Shown: positions 1 through 10,004, numbered from the stretch's first letter. The stretch is DNA of 64,000 nt from Gemmatales bacterium (GCA_041640595.1 JBEPZY010000001.1:128001-192000); one strand, 5' to 3'. Program-made: numbers and translations. The notes: generated by a model not told the origin, from the sequence alone.

Positions 1-203
1 TCACCCCGGCCAGGATTATTGGCTGGGCAGACCGTCTGGGAAGCCTGGAAGTCAATAAGCTGGCCGACCTCGTAGTGCTCGACTCCAATTTGGCAGTGAA
101 ACAGGTCTATGTCGCAGGCCAGAGGGTCTGGTGCGATACCCCAGCAAGTGGCTGTGCCGAATGCACAACCGTAGAGCCTCGCAACCAGACTAACCGCGAC
201 TAG
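1..203 (+). CDS. 3' end of an amidohydrolase-family protein, NagA-like (N-acetylglucosamine-6-phosphate deacetylase); partial at the window edge
   Basis: Frame from nt 3 reads TPARIIGWADRLGSLEVNKLADLVVLDSNLAVKQVYVAG, the typical C-terminal amidohydrolase/NagA pattern (xPA..lG...G.l..gk.ADlvvld); TAG at 201-203. Confidence 0.75.
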   Translation, partial: TPARIIGWADRLGSLEVNKLADLVVLDSNLAVKQVYVAGQRVWCDTPASGCAECTTVEPRNQTNRD

Positions 204-228
204 TCCGCTCGAAAAAGGAGGTGCAAAG

Positions 229-1479
229 GTGCAACGATGCGTACCATGTGCTTGTGTGCTGGGTGGTTTGCTCATCGTGGTGGCAGCATGTTTGGCCGAC
301 GGCGCAAGCTCAGCAGAACCTCTCACGCCGACGCTGCAATTCGAAGTTCAGGAGATCGACCGTTCCTTGAAGGTCGGCTATGCCGTCCTGCTTGCCGACG
401 TTAATGGCGACCAGCGACTGGATATCGTCGTGGTGGACACGCAGCGGGTGATCTGGTTTGAAAACCCGAACTGGAAAATGCACTACATCTTGCGAGGCGG
501 CACGAAACCAGACAACGTGTGCATCGCCGCTCACGACATTGACGGCGATGGCCGATTGGACTTCGCTCTCGGTGCCGACTGGCGTCCTTTCGACACCCGT
601 TCTGGCGGAACCTTGCAATGGTTACGGCAAACCGAATCGCCCTACCAGCCTTTTGAGCTGTACCCGATAGACACCGAGCCGACCATACATCGCATTCGTT
701 TCGCCGACGTGCTGGGTGAGGGGAAGCCGCAATTGATCAGCGTGCCGCTCATGGGTCGCAATGCCACGCGTGAGAAAAACTGGATGGACGCGCCGCTGCG
801 AATCACAGCGTACCGGATTCCCAAAGACCCACGGCGCGACCGCTGGGTGCCGGAGACGCTCGACGCTTCCCTGCATGTCGCCCACAATTTTCACATCACG
901 GATCTCGATGCCGATGGCCGGCCGGATATTCTGGTCGCCAGTTACGAAGGTGTTAGCTGGCTTCGGCGAGAGTCCTCCAATGCCTGGCAACGCCTGCTGC
1001 TGGGTGTGGGCAACCAGGAACGACCTCACACCAACCGCGGCGCCAGCGAAGTACGGGCCGGAAGGTTGAAAAACGGTCGGCAGTTCGTGGCCACGATTGA
1101 ACCGTGGCATGGGCATCAGGTAGTGATTTACACGCCGACGGCGGAAGTCTCAAAAGTTCCCTGGCAGCGGATGGTCATTGACGAGGAATTGCGTTGGGGG
1201 CATGCTGTTTGGTGCGCTGACCTCGACGGTGACGGCAACGACGAGGTGATTGTCGGCGTAAGAGATCGGCTCAATGACCGCATCGGGCCTGGCGTGCGGA
1301 TTTACCGATGCCTGGATGCCTCGGGCCAAAAATGGCAGCGGGAAATGGTGGACAATGGGGGAGTCGCCACCGAAGACCTGGCAGTAGGCGACCTGAACGG
1401 TGACGGTCGCCCCGATCTCGTGGCCGTGGGTCGCTTTACCGGAAACGTTCGCATCTACTGGAACCGCACCACGCGATAG
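229..1479 (+). CDS. Secreted FG-GAP/VCBS-repeat beta-propeller protein, aldos-2-ulose dehydratase-like
   Basis: Shine-Dalgarno AAGGAGGT before GTG; signal peptide; repeated DxDGDGRxD motifs; IEPWHGH and HAVWCADLDGDG motifs. Confidence 0.8.
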   Translation: MQRCVPCACVLGGLLIVVAACLADGASSAEPLTPTLQFEVQEIDRSLKVGYAVLLADVNGDQRLDIVVVDTQRVIWFENPNWKMHYILRGGTKPDNVCIAAHDIDGDGRLDFALGADWRPFDTRSGGTLQWLRQTESPYQPFELYPIDTEPTIHRIRFADVLGEGKPQLISVPLMGRNATREKNWMDAPLRITAYRIPKDPRRDRWVPETLDASLHVAHNFHITDLDADGRPDILVASYEGVSWLRRESSNAWQRLLLGVGNQERPHTNRGASEVRAGRLKNGRQFVATIEPWHGHQVVIYTPTAEVSKVPWQRMVIDEELRWGHAVWCADLDGDGNDEVIVGVRDRLNDRIGPGVRIYRCLDASGQKWQREMVDNGGVATEDLAVGDLNGDGRPDLVAVGRFTGNVRIYWNRTTR

Positions 1480-1482
1480 CAA

Positions 1483-2742
1483 TCAGCGGTAGGCCTCGAA
1501 CTCTTTGCCCAGCAAGCTGGCAGCGATCTTCAGCTGGAGAATCTCATCCGTACCCTCGTAAATGCGGCAGACGCGAACGTCTTTGAGATGTCGGCCTGGT
1601 CGAAACAGGTCCGACCAGCCACGCCCGCCGAACACCTGAACGGCGCGGTCAGCGACTTCCCAGGCCGCATGGGATGCGAAGAATTTGGCAATAGCGGCGA
1701 GACGATCAGCTTCGGCGTACAGAGCCCGTACCGAATCATTTCGGTCAGAGTCAGTACCGGCCTGTTGCCGGGCTTCCTCCCAGCGTTGCTTGGCCTCAGC
1801 CGCGCGGAGCACCAGAGCTTCCACCGCCGCCCGCCAGGTTTCCATCCAGGCCAAGTGTTGCTGAATTAGCTGGTGTTTGCCGATGGGCTTACCATGCTGC
1901 TGCCGTTCACGGGCGAAACGAAGGCTCTCAACCAGGCAATCTTCTATCACGCCCAGACATCCCGCCGCCACGCTTAGGCGGCCGCTTACCAGCGTCGTCA
2001 TGGCAATGCGAAAACCGTCTCCTTCACGGCCGAGCAGATTGGCCGAAGGGATGCGGTAATCGCGGAATTCCAGCATGGCCGTACTGCAGGTGGGCATACC
2101 CATCTTGGCCGGTAACTCTTCGCGGCTAATCCCGGGGCCGTCGGTCTCCACAAGAAACGCGCTGATCTTCCGGGCTTGGTCGCCTTCTTGTTCCCGCGTG
2201 TGGGTAGCCGTAGTTTCGGATTTTGTTGCTGGCATTTCCGGATAGGCGAAGGTAACCAGCACATTGGCGATACCGCCATTGGAGATGAGGTATTTCACTC
2301 CGTTGAGGACGTAATGGTTTCCTTCGCGACGCCAGGTGCTGGTCATTTCCCGGGGATTACTTCCAGCATCCGGTTCGGTCAAAGCGAAGGCGAAGATACG
2401 TTCTCCGCGGCACGAAGCTGGTAAAAACCGTTCCTTTTGCTCGGGCGTACCGAAATAGACGACCGGCATCTGACCAATCGAAGTGTGCCCGGAAAAAAAC
2501 GTCCGCACTCCAGTGCCTTCACGATTGATGCGGGCCAGGGCCAGGGCATAGGTTACCGCATCCGCACCGCGACCTCCGTACTCCTCCGGCACCGGCATGC
2601 CGAGCAAATTGTACTTTTTTGCCAACGGAATTACCTGGTCGTTGTAACGATGCTCAAGATAGCACAACTCTTCGATGGGTCGTATGGCTTCGCAAAAATT
2701 TTCGACATCCTGCAAAAGTTTTTCTCGTTTGCTCGCGTCCAT
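1483..2742 (-). CDS. Acyl-CoA dehydrogenase family protein
   Basis: FALTEPDAGS, LNGVKYLISNG, RQQHGKPIG, VQVFGGRG and IYEGTDEI (catalytic Glu) motifs. Confidence 0.95.
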   Translation of the reverse strand: MDASKREKLLQDVENFCEAIRPIEELCYLEHRYNDQVIPLAKKYNLLGMPVPEEYGGRGADAVTYALALARINREGTGVRTFFSGHTSIGQMPVVYFGTPEQKERFLPASCRGERIFAFALTEPDAGSNPREMTSTWRREGNHYVLNGVKYLISNGGIANVLVTFAYPEMPATKSETTATHTREQEGDQARKISAFLVETDGPGISREELPAKMGMPTCSTAMLEFRDYRIPSANLLGREGDGFRIAMTTLVSGRLSVAAGCLGVIEDCLVESLRFARERQQHGKPIGKHQLIQQHLAWMETWRAAVEALVLRAAEAKQRWEEARQQAGTDSDRNDSVRALYAEADRLAAIAKFFASHAAWEVADRAVQVFGGRGWSDLFRPGRHLKDVRVCRIYEGTDEILQLKIAASLLGKEFEAYR

Positions 2743-2772
2743 GGTCGCCGCTCCGGGACTAATGTCCAGCTG

Positions 2773-3669
2773 TTAGTTGGGATGTGCTTCATGAGAAGTT
2801 GCGGGGTGGATGTTGTCGAGGAACGCTCGAATTCCGCCGTAAATGGCAGCAAAACCGACCGAGTTATGATCGTGGCCCGATACCAGCAACAATTTTTTCC
2901 GCTGGCTTGGGCAGGCATCGAATAAGCGCTGACTGTGATGTGGCGGAACCAGCGTGTCGTTCTCGCCGTGGATGAGCAGGAGCGGTCCGGTGTATTGACG
3001 GAGTTTACTCAGGTTATCGAAACGTGTTCGGCATAACCACCGTGCCGGCACGAAAGGAAATATCTCTTGTGCCAGCTCCGGAATGGAGGTAAAAGTCGCC
3101 AGCAAGACCAAAGCAGCATGGGGCTGGTGGACAGCGAGTTCGACAGCCACGCCGCCACCCAGGGATTCTCCAAACAAAACGATTCGTTCTGCGGCGACTC
3201 CCTGTTCGCAGAGCCAGCGATACGCCGCCAGACCTGAAGCATAGCAATTCTTTTCGTTAGGCCGGCCAGAGCTGTGCCCGTAGCCGGGATAATCGAAAAT
3301 GAGCACAGAAGCACCAACTCTGTTTTGCCACCGTTCGATCGTTCCGCTGCGGAAACTCAGGTTCCCGGCGTTACCGTGACAATAGAGCACAAACCAGGAA
3401 GCACTCGCTAATGGACACCACCAGGCGTGAATACGTTCACCGGATTCCAGGTCCAACCAGACATCCTGTTTATCAAAGCCAGGGCGATCGAACCACTCTT
3501 CTTCGGCACGGGTGGGTCGAAAAATCAAGGTGCCTTCCAGCAGCATGAGCAAGCCCAGCATCGTGAGGTAAAGCAAGGCGAAATAAACGAGGCTGCGCCG
3601 CAATAAGGCGCCCCACGTCAGCCGCGACCGACCAACAGGGGAATGATTCTGTGTGGGTTCGCTGGCCAT
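2773..3669 (-). CDS. Membrane-anchored alpha/beta hydrolase (ABHD17/Bem46-like)
   Basis: N-terminal TM helix; HGNAGN, DYPGYG, GESLGG nucleophile, IHGENDTLVP, GHDHN. Confidence 0.9.
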   Translation of the reverse strand: MASEPTQNHSPVGRSRLTWGALLRRSLVYFALLYLTMLGLLMLLEGTLIFRPTRAEEEWFDRPGFDKQDVWLDLESGERIHAWWCPLASASWFVLYCHGNAGNLSFRSGTIERWQNRVGASVLIFDYPGYGHSSGRPNEKNCYASGLAAYRWLCEQGVAAERIVLFGESLGGGVAVELAVHQPHAALVLLATFTSIPELAQEIFPFVPARWLCRTRFDNLSKLRQYTGPLLLIHGENDTLVPPHHSQRLFDACPSQRKKLLLVSGHDHNSVGFAAIYGGIRAFLDNIHPATSHEAHPN

Positions 3670-3779
3670 TGTGTAATCGGTCCAAGACCACCGGGTTCAG
3701 GTGAGTTGAGTCAGCAACGGTAGATTCTCTTGATTTTTGCTGGCCGGAAGTGATCCCGGCGACTCCGGGACATCGGGCA

Positions 3780-6179
3780 TCACCACTCCAATTCTAGCCG
3801 CGCCACAAAGAGTTGCTCCGGGTCGCCCCGCTGATAAAAGTCTTCGAGCAACACGCGGAGGTCCGGCTGTACCTGCACTTGCCAGACTTTCTGGGCCGAG
3901 ACGAGATGCACGCGAACCGGCTGGTTGAAATCTACCAGGTCGCTGTTGAGCCAGACATGGAGTCGGCGAACGTTGGGGCTGGTAGCGATTTGAATGCGAT
4001 TACCCTGGCCGGCTTGCGCTGCCAGACGATGTTTTCCCGGAGCGTTGGGCAGGCTGAGCCAGTAAAAGCGGTCATCTTCGGGGCGGATACCCACAAAATC
4101 GCGGTTGCCGTAAGCTCCCAAAATTTGTGGCCGACCAAGCTCCGGCGGAGTAGCGTGGCGTTGCTTGCGACGCATCCACTCGAAAATATCCGGAATCTCT
4201 CCCGCAAAGAATTCTCGACCGCGACCGTCGTACTCGATGTACAAACTGGGAAAGCCAGCCTGCACCCAGTTACGGAACAGAGCACGCCATTGTGCCGGGC
4301 CTTCGTTGGCCGGAGGACTACCATCCCGTTTCGGGCCATCCATTTCTCCTTCGACCACATAAAACGGCAAGTATTGCCCATTCGTCCAATAGGTGCCTTG
4401 ATGCGGTCCAGGGCGACCACTCATGACCACAACTCCAGCGAACAAATCCGGGTGCGACATGCCCAGATCGAATGCCAGCGAGCCACCCTCCCCCATGCCG
4501 AAGACAAATAGCCGTGACGCATCTACTGCGAATCGCCTGCGCAGGTCGCGCAACACTGTCAGCACCGGTACTTGCTCAGCGGCGCTCCACCGATAGCTGC
4601 TCTGCACCGGGCCTGCCCATGGCACACTCACAAGGATGTAACCGCGCTCCTGTGCTGCTTTGCGCCACGGCTCGATAGCCTGACGAGTATCCTCCCCGGC
4701 GTCCGGCAACACCAGCAAAACCGGATAGCGTCGGTGTGGGTGATACTCGAGCGGCACCTGTACCAGATAGCGCTGCCGTTGGCCATCGAGGGTCGTCAGC
4801 CAGGTCGGTTGTACTGGCGGATTGCTTTCCACCCGCGGCGGGGGCAACTCTCGCAGCATTTGCACCAGCAAATCCAGGTCCTGAGAACGCATATTGCGGA
4901 GCTTTTCCATCAGCGCTAGCCGTTCCCGCGGGTGGTCTTGCAGGAGAATTTGCTGCACCATTTGGCGGTCGCGCCACAGTTGTTCAGCAGTCTCCAGGTT
5001 AGCTTCAGCCAGACGATCGCCCACTGTCCACCCGCTCACCGCTAAAGCCAGCAACTGTTCCGCGGTCAATTGTGGACTTTTGCCCTGTTGACGCAACCGT
5101 TCTTCCTGCAAAGCGAGGCGTCGGAAGGCATCGAGCCGGCTGCATGTATCCAGGTTCAAGTAAGCGGATATTTCCTGCACAGCTTCCGGCAAAAAGTGGG
5201 GAGCAGCCTGGCGGACACTTTCCAACAGGCGTCTGGTGGTTTCCAGTTGCTGGCGGCGTTCCTGCAACTTGACCTGAATGGTTCGCGCCTGCCGCAGGGC
5301 CTTTTCCGAAGCGTAAGCCGAGGGAAAATGTCCCAGCAACTCTTCGACAGCACGATACTGGCCGCCGGCATAAGCCCATTCTAATCGCTGCGCGATTCGA
5401 TCTGCCTGGGCCTGGCGAAGTTGTTGTTCCAGCTCGACCAGCGTTTCCGTATTTGCCTCGGGCAAATTGCGAAGGTTCGCCAGTTCTGCTTCCGCTTCTT
5501 CGAGCCAGCCGGTTTGCAGACAATAGCGGAACAAACTCAGCCCTTGCTCCCAGGCTGACGGCGTGGGCTTACGACTACGCAAATGGTGCCGCAGGATGGA
5601 AAGCAAGGTTGCCCGATCAAATTCATCCGGACGGTAAGAAGCAGTCCAGCGCATTTCGGTGGTCGCTGCTTGGATTGCTTCGGGCGTTACCGAGGTGATG
5701 TACTGAACTCGCTGGGTCAAGCCGGGCAAGAATTCTCCCTTGAGCACGCGACTGCCGTTAACCTGCGGTCGCTCACTGGCGATCCACGGCCCAATCTCGG
5801 TAAACGCCGGTACGCGATTGAGTGCTGGCGAAAAACCGAAAACGTTCAGTTGACGAGGGAAGCGAAACCCTTGCTGTCCGGATGACGGCTGGGAATCCGG
5901 CAAGGCCAGGTGCACGTTTTTCTGGCTAAAGGCGATGCGACGAGCCCCGTCAGCCACCAGATAAAATCCCTGGGTATCGGCAAGCCAGACGAGATTGCCG
6001 CTGGCTGGATCACGGTGCAACTGGCCCTCACGATACACCCGCCCGCGCAGCACTGTCCCATCTCGCAAGAAAACATATTCGCTATACGCCACACAAGGAA
6101 TGAACATCGCAAGAACCGCTGCTATCGCCAATTTCGACGGCACATCGCCGTGCCTACCGCTATGTTGTGACACTGGCAT
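3780..6179 (-). CDS. Large exported protein with C-terminal alpha/beta-hydrolase-like (esterase/peptidase-like) domain, probably catalytically degenerate
   Basis: Signal peptide; helical middle region; YLVQVPLEYHPHRRYPVLLVL and DLGMSHPDLFAGV; nucleophile elbow reads FGMGEGG. Confidence 0.8.
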   Translation of the reverse strand: MPVSQHSGRHGDVPSKLAIAAVLAMFIPCVAYSEYVFLRDGTVLRGRVYREGQLHRDPASGNLVWLADTQGFYLVADGARRIAFSQKNVHLALPDSQPSSGQQGFRFPRQLNVFGFSPALNRVPAFTEIGPWIASERPQVNGSRVLKGEFLPGLTQRVQYITSVTPEAIQAATTEMRWTASYRPDEFDRATLLSILRHHLRSRKPTPSAWEQGLSLFRYCLQTGWLEEAEAELANLRNLPEANTETLVELEQQLRQAQADRIAQRLEWAYAGGQYRAVEELLGHFPSAYASEKALRQARTIQVKLQERRQQLETTRRLLESVRQAAPHFLPEAVQEISAYLNLDTCSRLDAFRRLALQEERLRQQGKSPQLTAEQLLALAVSGWTVGDRLAEANLETAEQLWRDRQMVQQILLQDHPRERLALMEKLRNMRSQDLDLLVQMLRELPPPRVESNPPVQPTWLTTLDGQRQRYLVQVPLEYHPHRRYPVLLVLPDAGEDTRQAIEPWRKAAQERGYILVSVPWAGPVQSSYRWSAAEQVPVLTVLRDLRRRFAVDASRLFVFGMGEGGSLAFDLGMSHPDLFAGVVVMSGRPGPHQGTYWTNGQYLPFYVVEGEMDGPKRDGSPPANEGPAQWRALFRNWVQAGFPSLYIEYDGRGREFFAGEIPDIFEWMRRKQRHATPPELGRPQILGAYGNRDFVGIRPEDDRFYWLSLPNAPGKHRLAAQAGQGNRIQIATSPNVRRLHVWLNSDLVDFNQPVRVHLVSAQKVWQVQVQPDLRVLLEDFYQRGDPEQLFVARLELEW

Positions 6180-6503
6180 AGGAATGCTCCATCTGGCTCA
6201 ACTGCTTCATTTGTGCGAAGGACCTGCTCGCCCCAAGGCCTTAGCTATGATTTCAGCCCCGTCTCTTACTATTCTGGCAGCCAATATAGCGCTGGTAAAG
6301 CGCAATCTTGCGCAAGATTCGGAAACCAGCAGCCTTTCCTTCTGCAACAATGGCAATGATCCACATTCTGCGGGAATAGGAAGTCGAATTCACAAGTGCT
6401 TGCCAGTAATGGACTAGCGTATTCCGTGCCAGAAAATTTTTCGTGTGGTATGAACTTTGCTAGCCTGTTCTCCGCACAAGGGTTGCTTCCAGGAGGAAAT
6501 GCC

Positions 6504-6740
6504 ATGCTGGTGCTGTCTCGCAAACCTGGGGAAAAGCTGGTCATCGGCCATGAGATTATCGTTACCGTCCTGGAAGTGCGCGGTAGTCAAGTGAAGATCG
6601 GCATAGAAGCCCCGGACAGCGTGAAAATAATCCGTGCCGAACTGAAGGCAGCCCAGCCTGACGCTACTCGCCAAGATGCGTCGGATGTTTGCCGTTCCCC
6701 GGAAGAGTCGAGCGAAGACTTGTGCCTGATGGTTTGCTGA
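6504..6740 (+). CDS. csrA: Carbon storage regulator CsrA/RsmA family RNA-binding protein
   Basis: AGGAGG Shine-Dalgarno before ATG 6504; MLVLSRKPGEKLVIG...VKIGIEAPDSVKIIRAEL. Confidence 0.92.
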   Translation: MLVLSRKPGEKLVIGHEIIVTVLEVRGSQVKIGIEAPDSVKIIRAELKAAQPDATRQDASDVCRSPEESSEDLCLMVC

Positions 6741-6966
6741 ACGATGCCCAGGACGGCGAGTTCTGAAACAGACAAATCTGGCAGGGGCATTCTTAACCGA
6801 GTCAGCCATGAATGGCCCCGACCCGGAATGTGCTTCGGTTAGGCAACCCGCCCAAAGGCAAATTTTCAAGACTCGCAAACCCGATGCAGATGACTCGATA
6901 TGCCTTGGCTGGGCAAATCATTCGAACAGTCGGTCTATCGGCCTCGGTCTTTGTGGGGGTGGAGCG

Positions 6967-7803
6967 ATGGGGCGTCCGAGAAACACGCTCGGTCTGAAAG
7001 CAGTTGTTGTTTTCCTTGTCGGCACGGTGGTCGTATTGGCTCAGGGAAAACCGGAGCTGTTTGCAGACGGTCAGCTGGAGAGTGCTGTACGCAGCGTCTT
7101 GCCCGAAGCAAAAGGCCAGCTGACCGAACAACTGCTGGCCAACGTTCACATTTTGGAGGCTAAGAATCGCTCCATACGCAGTCTGGCTGGGCTGGAGAAA
7201 TGCCGCAACCTCAGCTTGCTCAATCTCGCCCACAATCAAGTCGAGAGCCTGGCACCACTGGCCGGGCTGGAAAAATTGCAATCGCTCGATCTGTCGCATA
7301 ACCGTATCAGCGACCTGACGCCGTTGGCGAAAGTGCCTGCTTTGCAGTATCTGAACCTCACTGGCAACCAGATTTCCGACCTTCGCCCGCTCGCTTCCCT
7401 GACTTCGCTGAGTGCTCTTTATCTGGCGAATAACCAAATCCGCGATATTTCGCCGCTGGCCGGTCTTCCAAAACTCGTCACGCTCGACATCAGCAGGAAT
7501 CAGGTAACCGATCTTGGCCCGATTAGCAAGCTCACCCGACTGAACACGCTCAGCGCTTCTGACAATGCGATCAGCGACATCAAGGCGGTGGCTGACCTGC
7601 CCGAATTGCGTTTGCTCATTTTGGAGCGCAACCGGATCGAACATCTGACGCCGCTGGTCGAAGCATGTCGCAAAGACGCTGCCGGGCCCCGAAGGATTGT
7701 TCCTTTTCTGCGAGTGTACCTGGCAGGCAACCCGCTTTCCGCAACTGGCAAGCAGCAGATCGCCGAACTCCGCCAACTCGGCGTTCGAGTGGAATCAGAA
7801 TAA
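6967..7803 (+). CDS. Secreted internalin-type leucine-rich repeat protein
   Basis: Signal peptide after ATG 6967; about 8 tandem 22-aa LxxLxLxxNxIxDLxPLxxL repeats; YLAGNPL cap. Confidence 0.9.
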   Translation: MGRPRNTLGLKAVVVFLVGTVVVLAQGKPELFADGQLESAVRSVLPEAKGQLTEQLLANVHILEAKNRSIRSLAGLEKCRNLSLLNLAHNQVESLAPLAGLEKLQSLDLSHNRISDLTPLAKVPALQYLNLTGNQISDLRPLASLTSLSALYLANNQIRDISPLAGLPKLVTLDISRNQVTDLGPISKLTRLNTLSASDNAISDIKAVADLPELRLLILERNRIEHLTPLVEACRKDAAGPRRIVPFLRVYLAGNPLSATGKQQIAELRQLGVRVESE

Positions 7804-7882
7804 AATCGCGGCTCCCAGAGCGCTCGTCGGTGGTTTTGTTCAGCGGGCAGGGCACACGGAATACTGTTCCGCGCTGGTCAAC

Positions 7883-9466
7883 CTACTTTGGCTGAGCGGG
7901 TGCGTTGCCTTTCGCATGTTCTAATGATTGCAGAGCCATAAACAGAACCGCATCTTCCTTGACATCTTCCAGGGGCAACGCTATCTGGCTGTTGGGACTG
8001 CGCAGGGCACGCTCATGCCGGGCCCGGTTCAGTTTCTGATGCAATTCCGAAGACAGTCGGATCTCGTAACCGGAGTCGGGTTGCACTCCCCATTCTGCCG
8101 GTTCAGCATTCCCCACGAAACGGTGCATATTTTTGCCACTGGGACGAATGAACAAACCCACCGTAAGCTTGATCTCCTGATATTCGCCCACCGGCTGCAA
8201 GAGCGGTAAACTTTGCTGTACACTCGCTTTGCCGTAGGTACGCTCCCCGACGAGAATGCCGCGATGGTTATCCTGAATTGCAGCAGCGATCAACTCTCCG
8301 CCCCCTCGCGTCTGTGGCCCGATGAGCACGACTAAAGGGAAATCGGTGTAACTACCCTCGCGGGTGCTTACGTATTCCTGCTGATGCGGTTGTGCGCGAC
8401 CGGTGGGGTCGAACGTGCCCTCGCGGTATTTCACGACGCAGATCGGCCCTTCCGGTAAAAGCAGGTCCGCAATTCGGACCGCCGCCGTCAGCATTCCTCC
8501 GGGACAATCTCGCAGGTCGAGTATCAGTGCACGCAAACCAGCTCGCTGCAGATCGCTCAGCACCGTTTGCAACCTGGCCGGGGTGTCACTCCGAATCTCT
8601 GTCAGGCGAACATAAGCGATCCGCTTGCCACGATCCAGCCAGTAATCCCAATCCTGTCCGCTGGTCCGGCGATATCCCAGGACGGTTTCCTCGACATAAG
8701 TTTCACAGGGCAGTTCCAACTCGAACACATTTTTGGTGCCGCGTCGCTCGATGGCTAAAAGAAGCTTATTGCTCACCCGCTGGCCGTCGCCGTTCAGCCG
8801 TGCCTGAATTTCTGCATAGGTCAGGTTCGCCGTCTCCTCGCCGTTTATTTTCAAAATTCTGTCGCCCGGTAATAACCCCGCACGATGGGCTGGGCTTCCC
8901 AAACGCACATCGCTTATCTCAAAAGGCCCTTTTCCGAGTCGTTCTCCGATAACGATACCACTGCCGAACGACACAGCTTCGAGATTCATCATGTTCCTGC
9001 GATCTTCTGGCGTGATGAACCCCGAATGGGGATCAAGGATACGGAACATTCCCTGGAGGCTAATTACAGCATCCCGGCCCCGTATGGAATCCGGATTGCC
9101 TAACTGTCGGCGAAACTCGACCAGCTCGGCCAGAGCTTCGCGTTCGGCAAACCACTTTTCCGGTTGATGGCGCAGCTCCGGCGGCACTGGTTGACCGGCC
9201 GCGTCTGCCAGAGCCACCATCGCAGCCGCTAACAGTTGATTCACCGAGAGTGGACGATAATAGGAGCGAGCGATTTGCTCAGCCGTTCCCCATACCGTCG
9301 AAGTGTAGATACGCAATTCAGTTTCGCTCACGGCTTGACGCTGCTCTCGGCTTTCCTCGTCTTTAACCAGGGGTGCCGCCGTTGCGAACGGCAATACAAC
9401 CGCCAACGACACGACCAACACGAAACCCCGCGCCAGTATTCGGTTCCGACTAGCTGCTTCAGCCAT
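7883..9466 (-). CDS. S41 family C-terminal processing protease homologue (PDZ + S41), possibly inactive
   Basis: LDPHSGF, PDZ (GSPAHRAGLLPGDRILKING), LILDLRDCPGG, GERTYGKASVQ; the SASASE motif reads TRGGGE. Confidence 0.9.
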   Translation of the reverse strand: MAEAASRNRILARGFVLVVSLAVVLPFATAAPLVKDEESREQRQAVSETELRIYTSTVWGTAEQIARSYYRPLSVNQLLAAAMVALADAAGQPVPPELRHQPEKWFAEREALAELVEFRRQLGNPDSIRGRDAVISLQGMFRILDPHSGFITPEDRRNMMNLEAVSFGSGIVIGERLGKGPFEISDVRLGSPAHRAGLLPGDRILKINGEETANLTYAEIQARLNGDGQRVSNKLLLAIERRGTKNVFELELPCETYVEETVLGYRRTSGQDWDYWLDRGKRIAYVRLTEIRSDTPARLQTVLSDLQRAGLRALILDLRDCPGGMLTAAVRIADLLLPEGPICVVKYREGTFDPTGRAQPHQQEYVSTREGSYTDFPLVVLIGPQTRGGGELIAAAIQDNHRGILVGERTYGKASVQQSLPLLQPVGEYQEIKLTVGLFIRPSGKNMHRFVGNAEPAEWGVQPDSGYEIRLSSELHQKLNRARHERALRSPNSQIALPLEDVKEDAVLFMALQSLEHAKGNAPAQPK

Positions 9467-9955
9467 GGCTCTTTAGCTCCAGGGCGAGAACAAACACACT
9501 GGCGAGCCCGACGATTCCGGTCATCCCTAGCGGCACGGTATCGGTCGCAGAACCTTCTTTCGTTGAGATTCCGAAGACCATTTGCCTGTGCATCGCCGCT
9601 TCCCATTCACGGAAAGTAGCCAATAGCATTCTAACAGCCGAAACAAAGAGCAGGTAGTCCAGCCTCTGCTAAGAGGCAAACCAATTGCTGCTTGCAAGCG
9701 TTCTCGCCAGGTCGCACTCCAATAAAGCAGTATTGGGCGGACTTGGTGGCCTACCTTTTCGACGCTTGCCTCGGTCGAATTCCGAATTAGCGATGGTACC
9801 GTTTATTCAGGCGAGTCTTTTTGGTGTGCGACTAGCCAGCGCCGACAGCGCGGAAATGCTTCCGTGCTCTTGCCCGCCATTGGACTGTAGGACTATACGG
9901 TGATGATAAGAGCCATATAAAAGCATCGCAGAACCCCATGGGGGCCTGTTTCGCT

Positions 9956-9983
9956 TCTCGGTTGAGGGCGTTTTGAACCGAGA
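9956..9983 (-). terminator. Stem-loop just downstream of the LolC/E gene
   Basis: TCTCGGTT (9956-9963) pairs with AACCGAGA (9976-9983), about 22 nt after the stop; no clear U-tract. Confidence 0.3.
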
Positions 9984-10004
9984 TGGTAGGGGTGCCTTTC
10001 CCGC

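Noticed and set aside
6802..7776. 324-aa minus-strand ORF with a repetitive pattern
   Set aside because: Antisense shadow of the LRR gene; its periodicity mirrors the LRR codons
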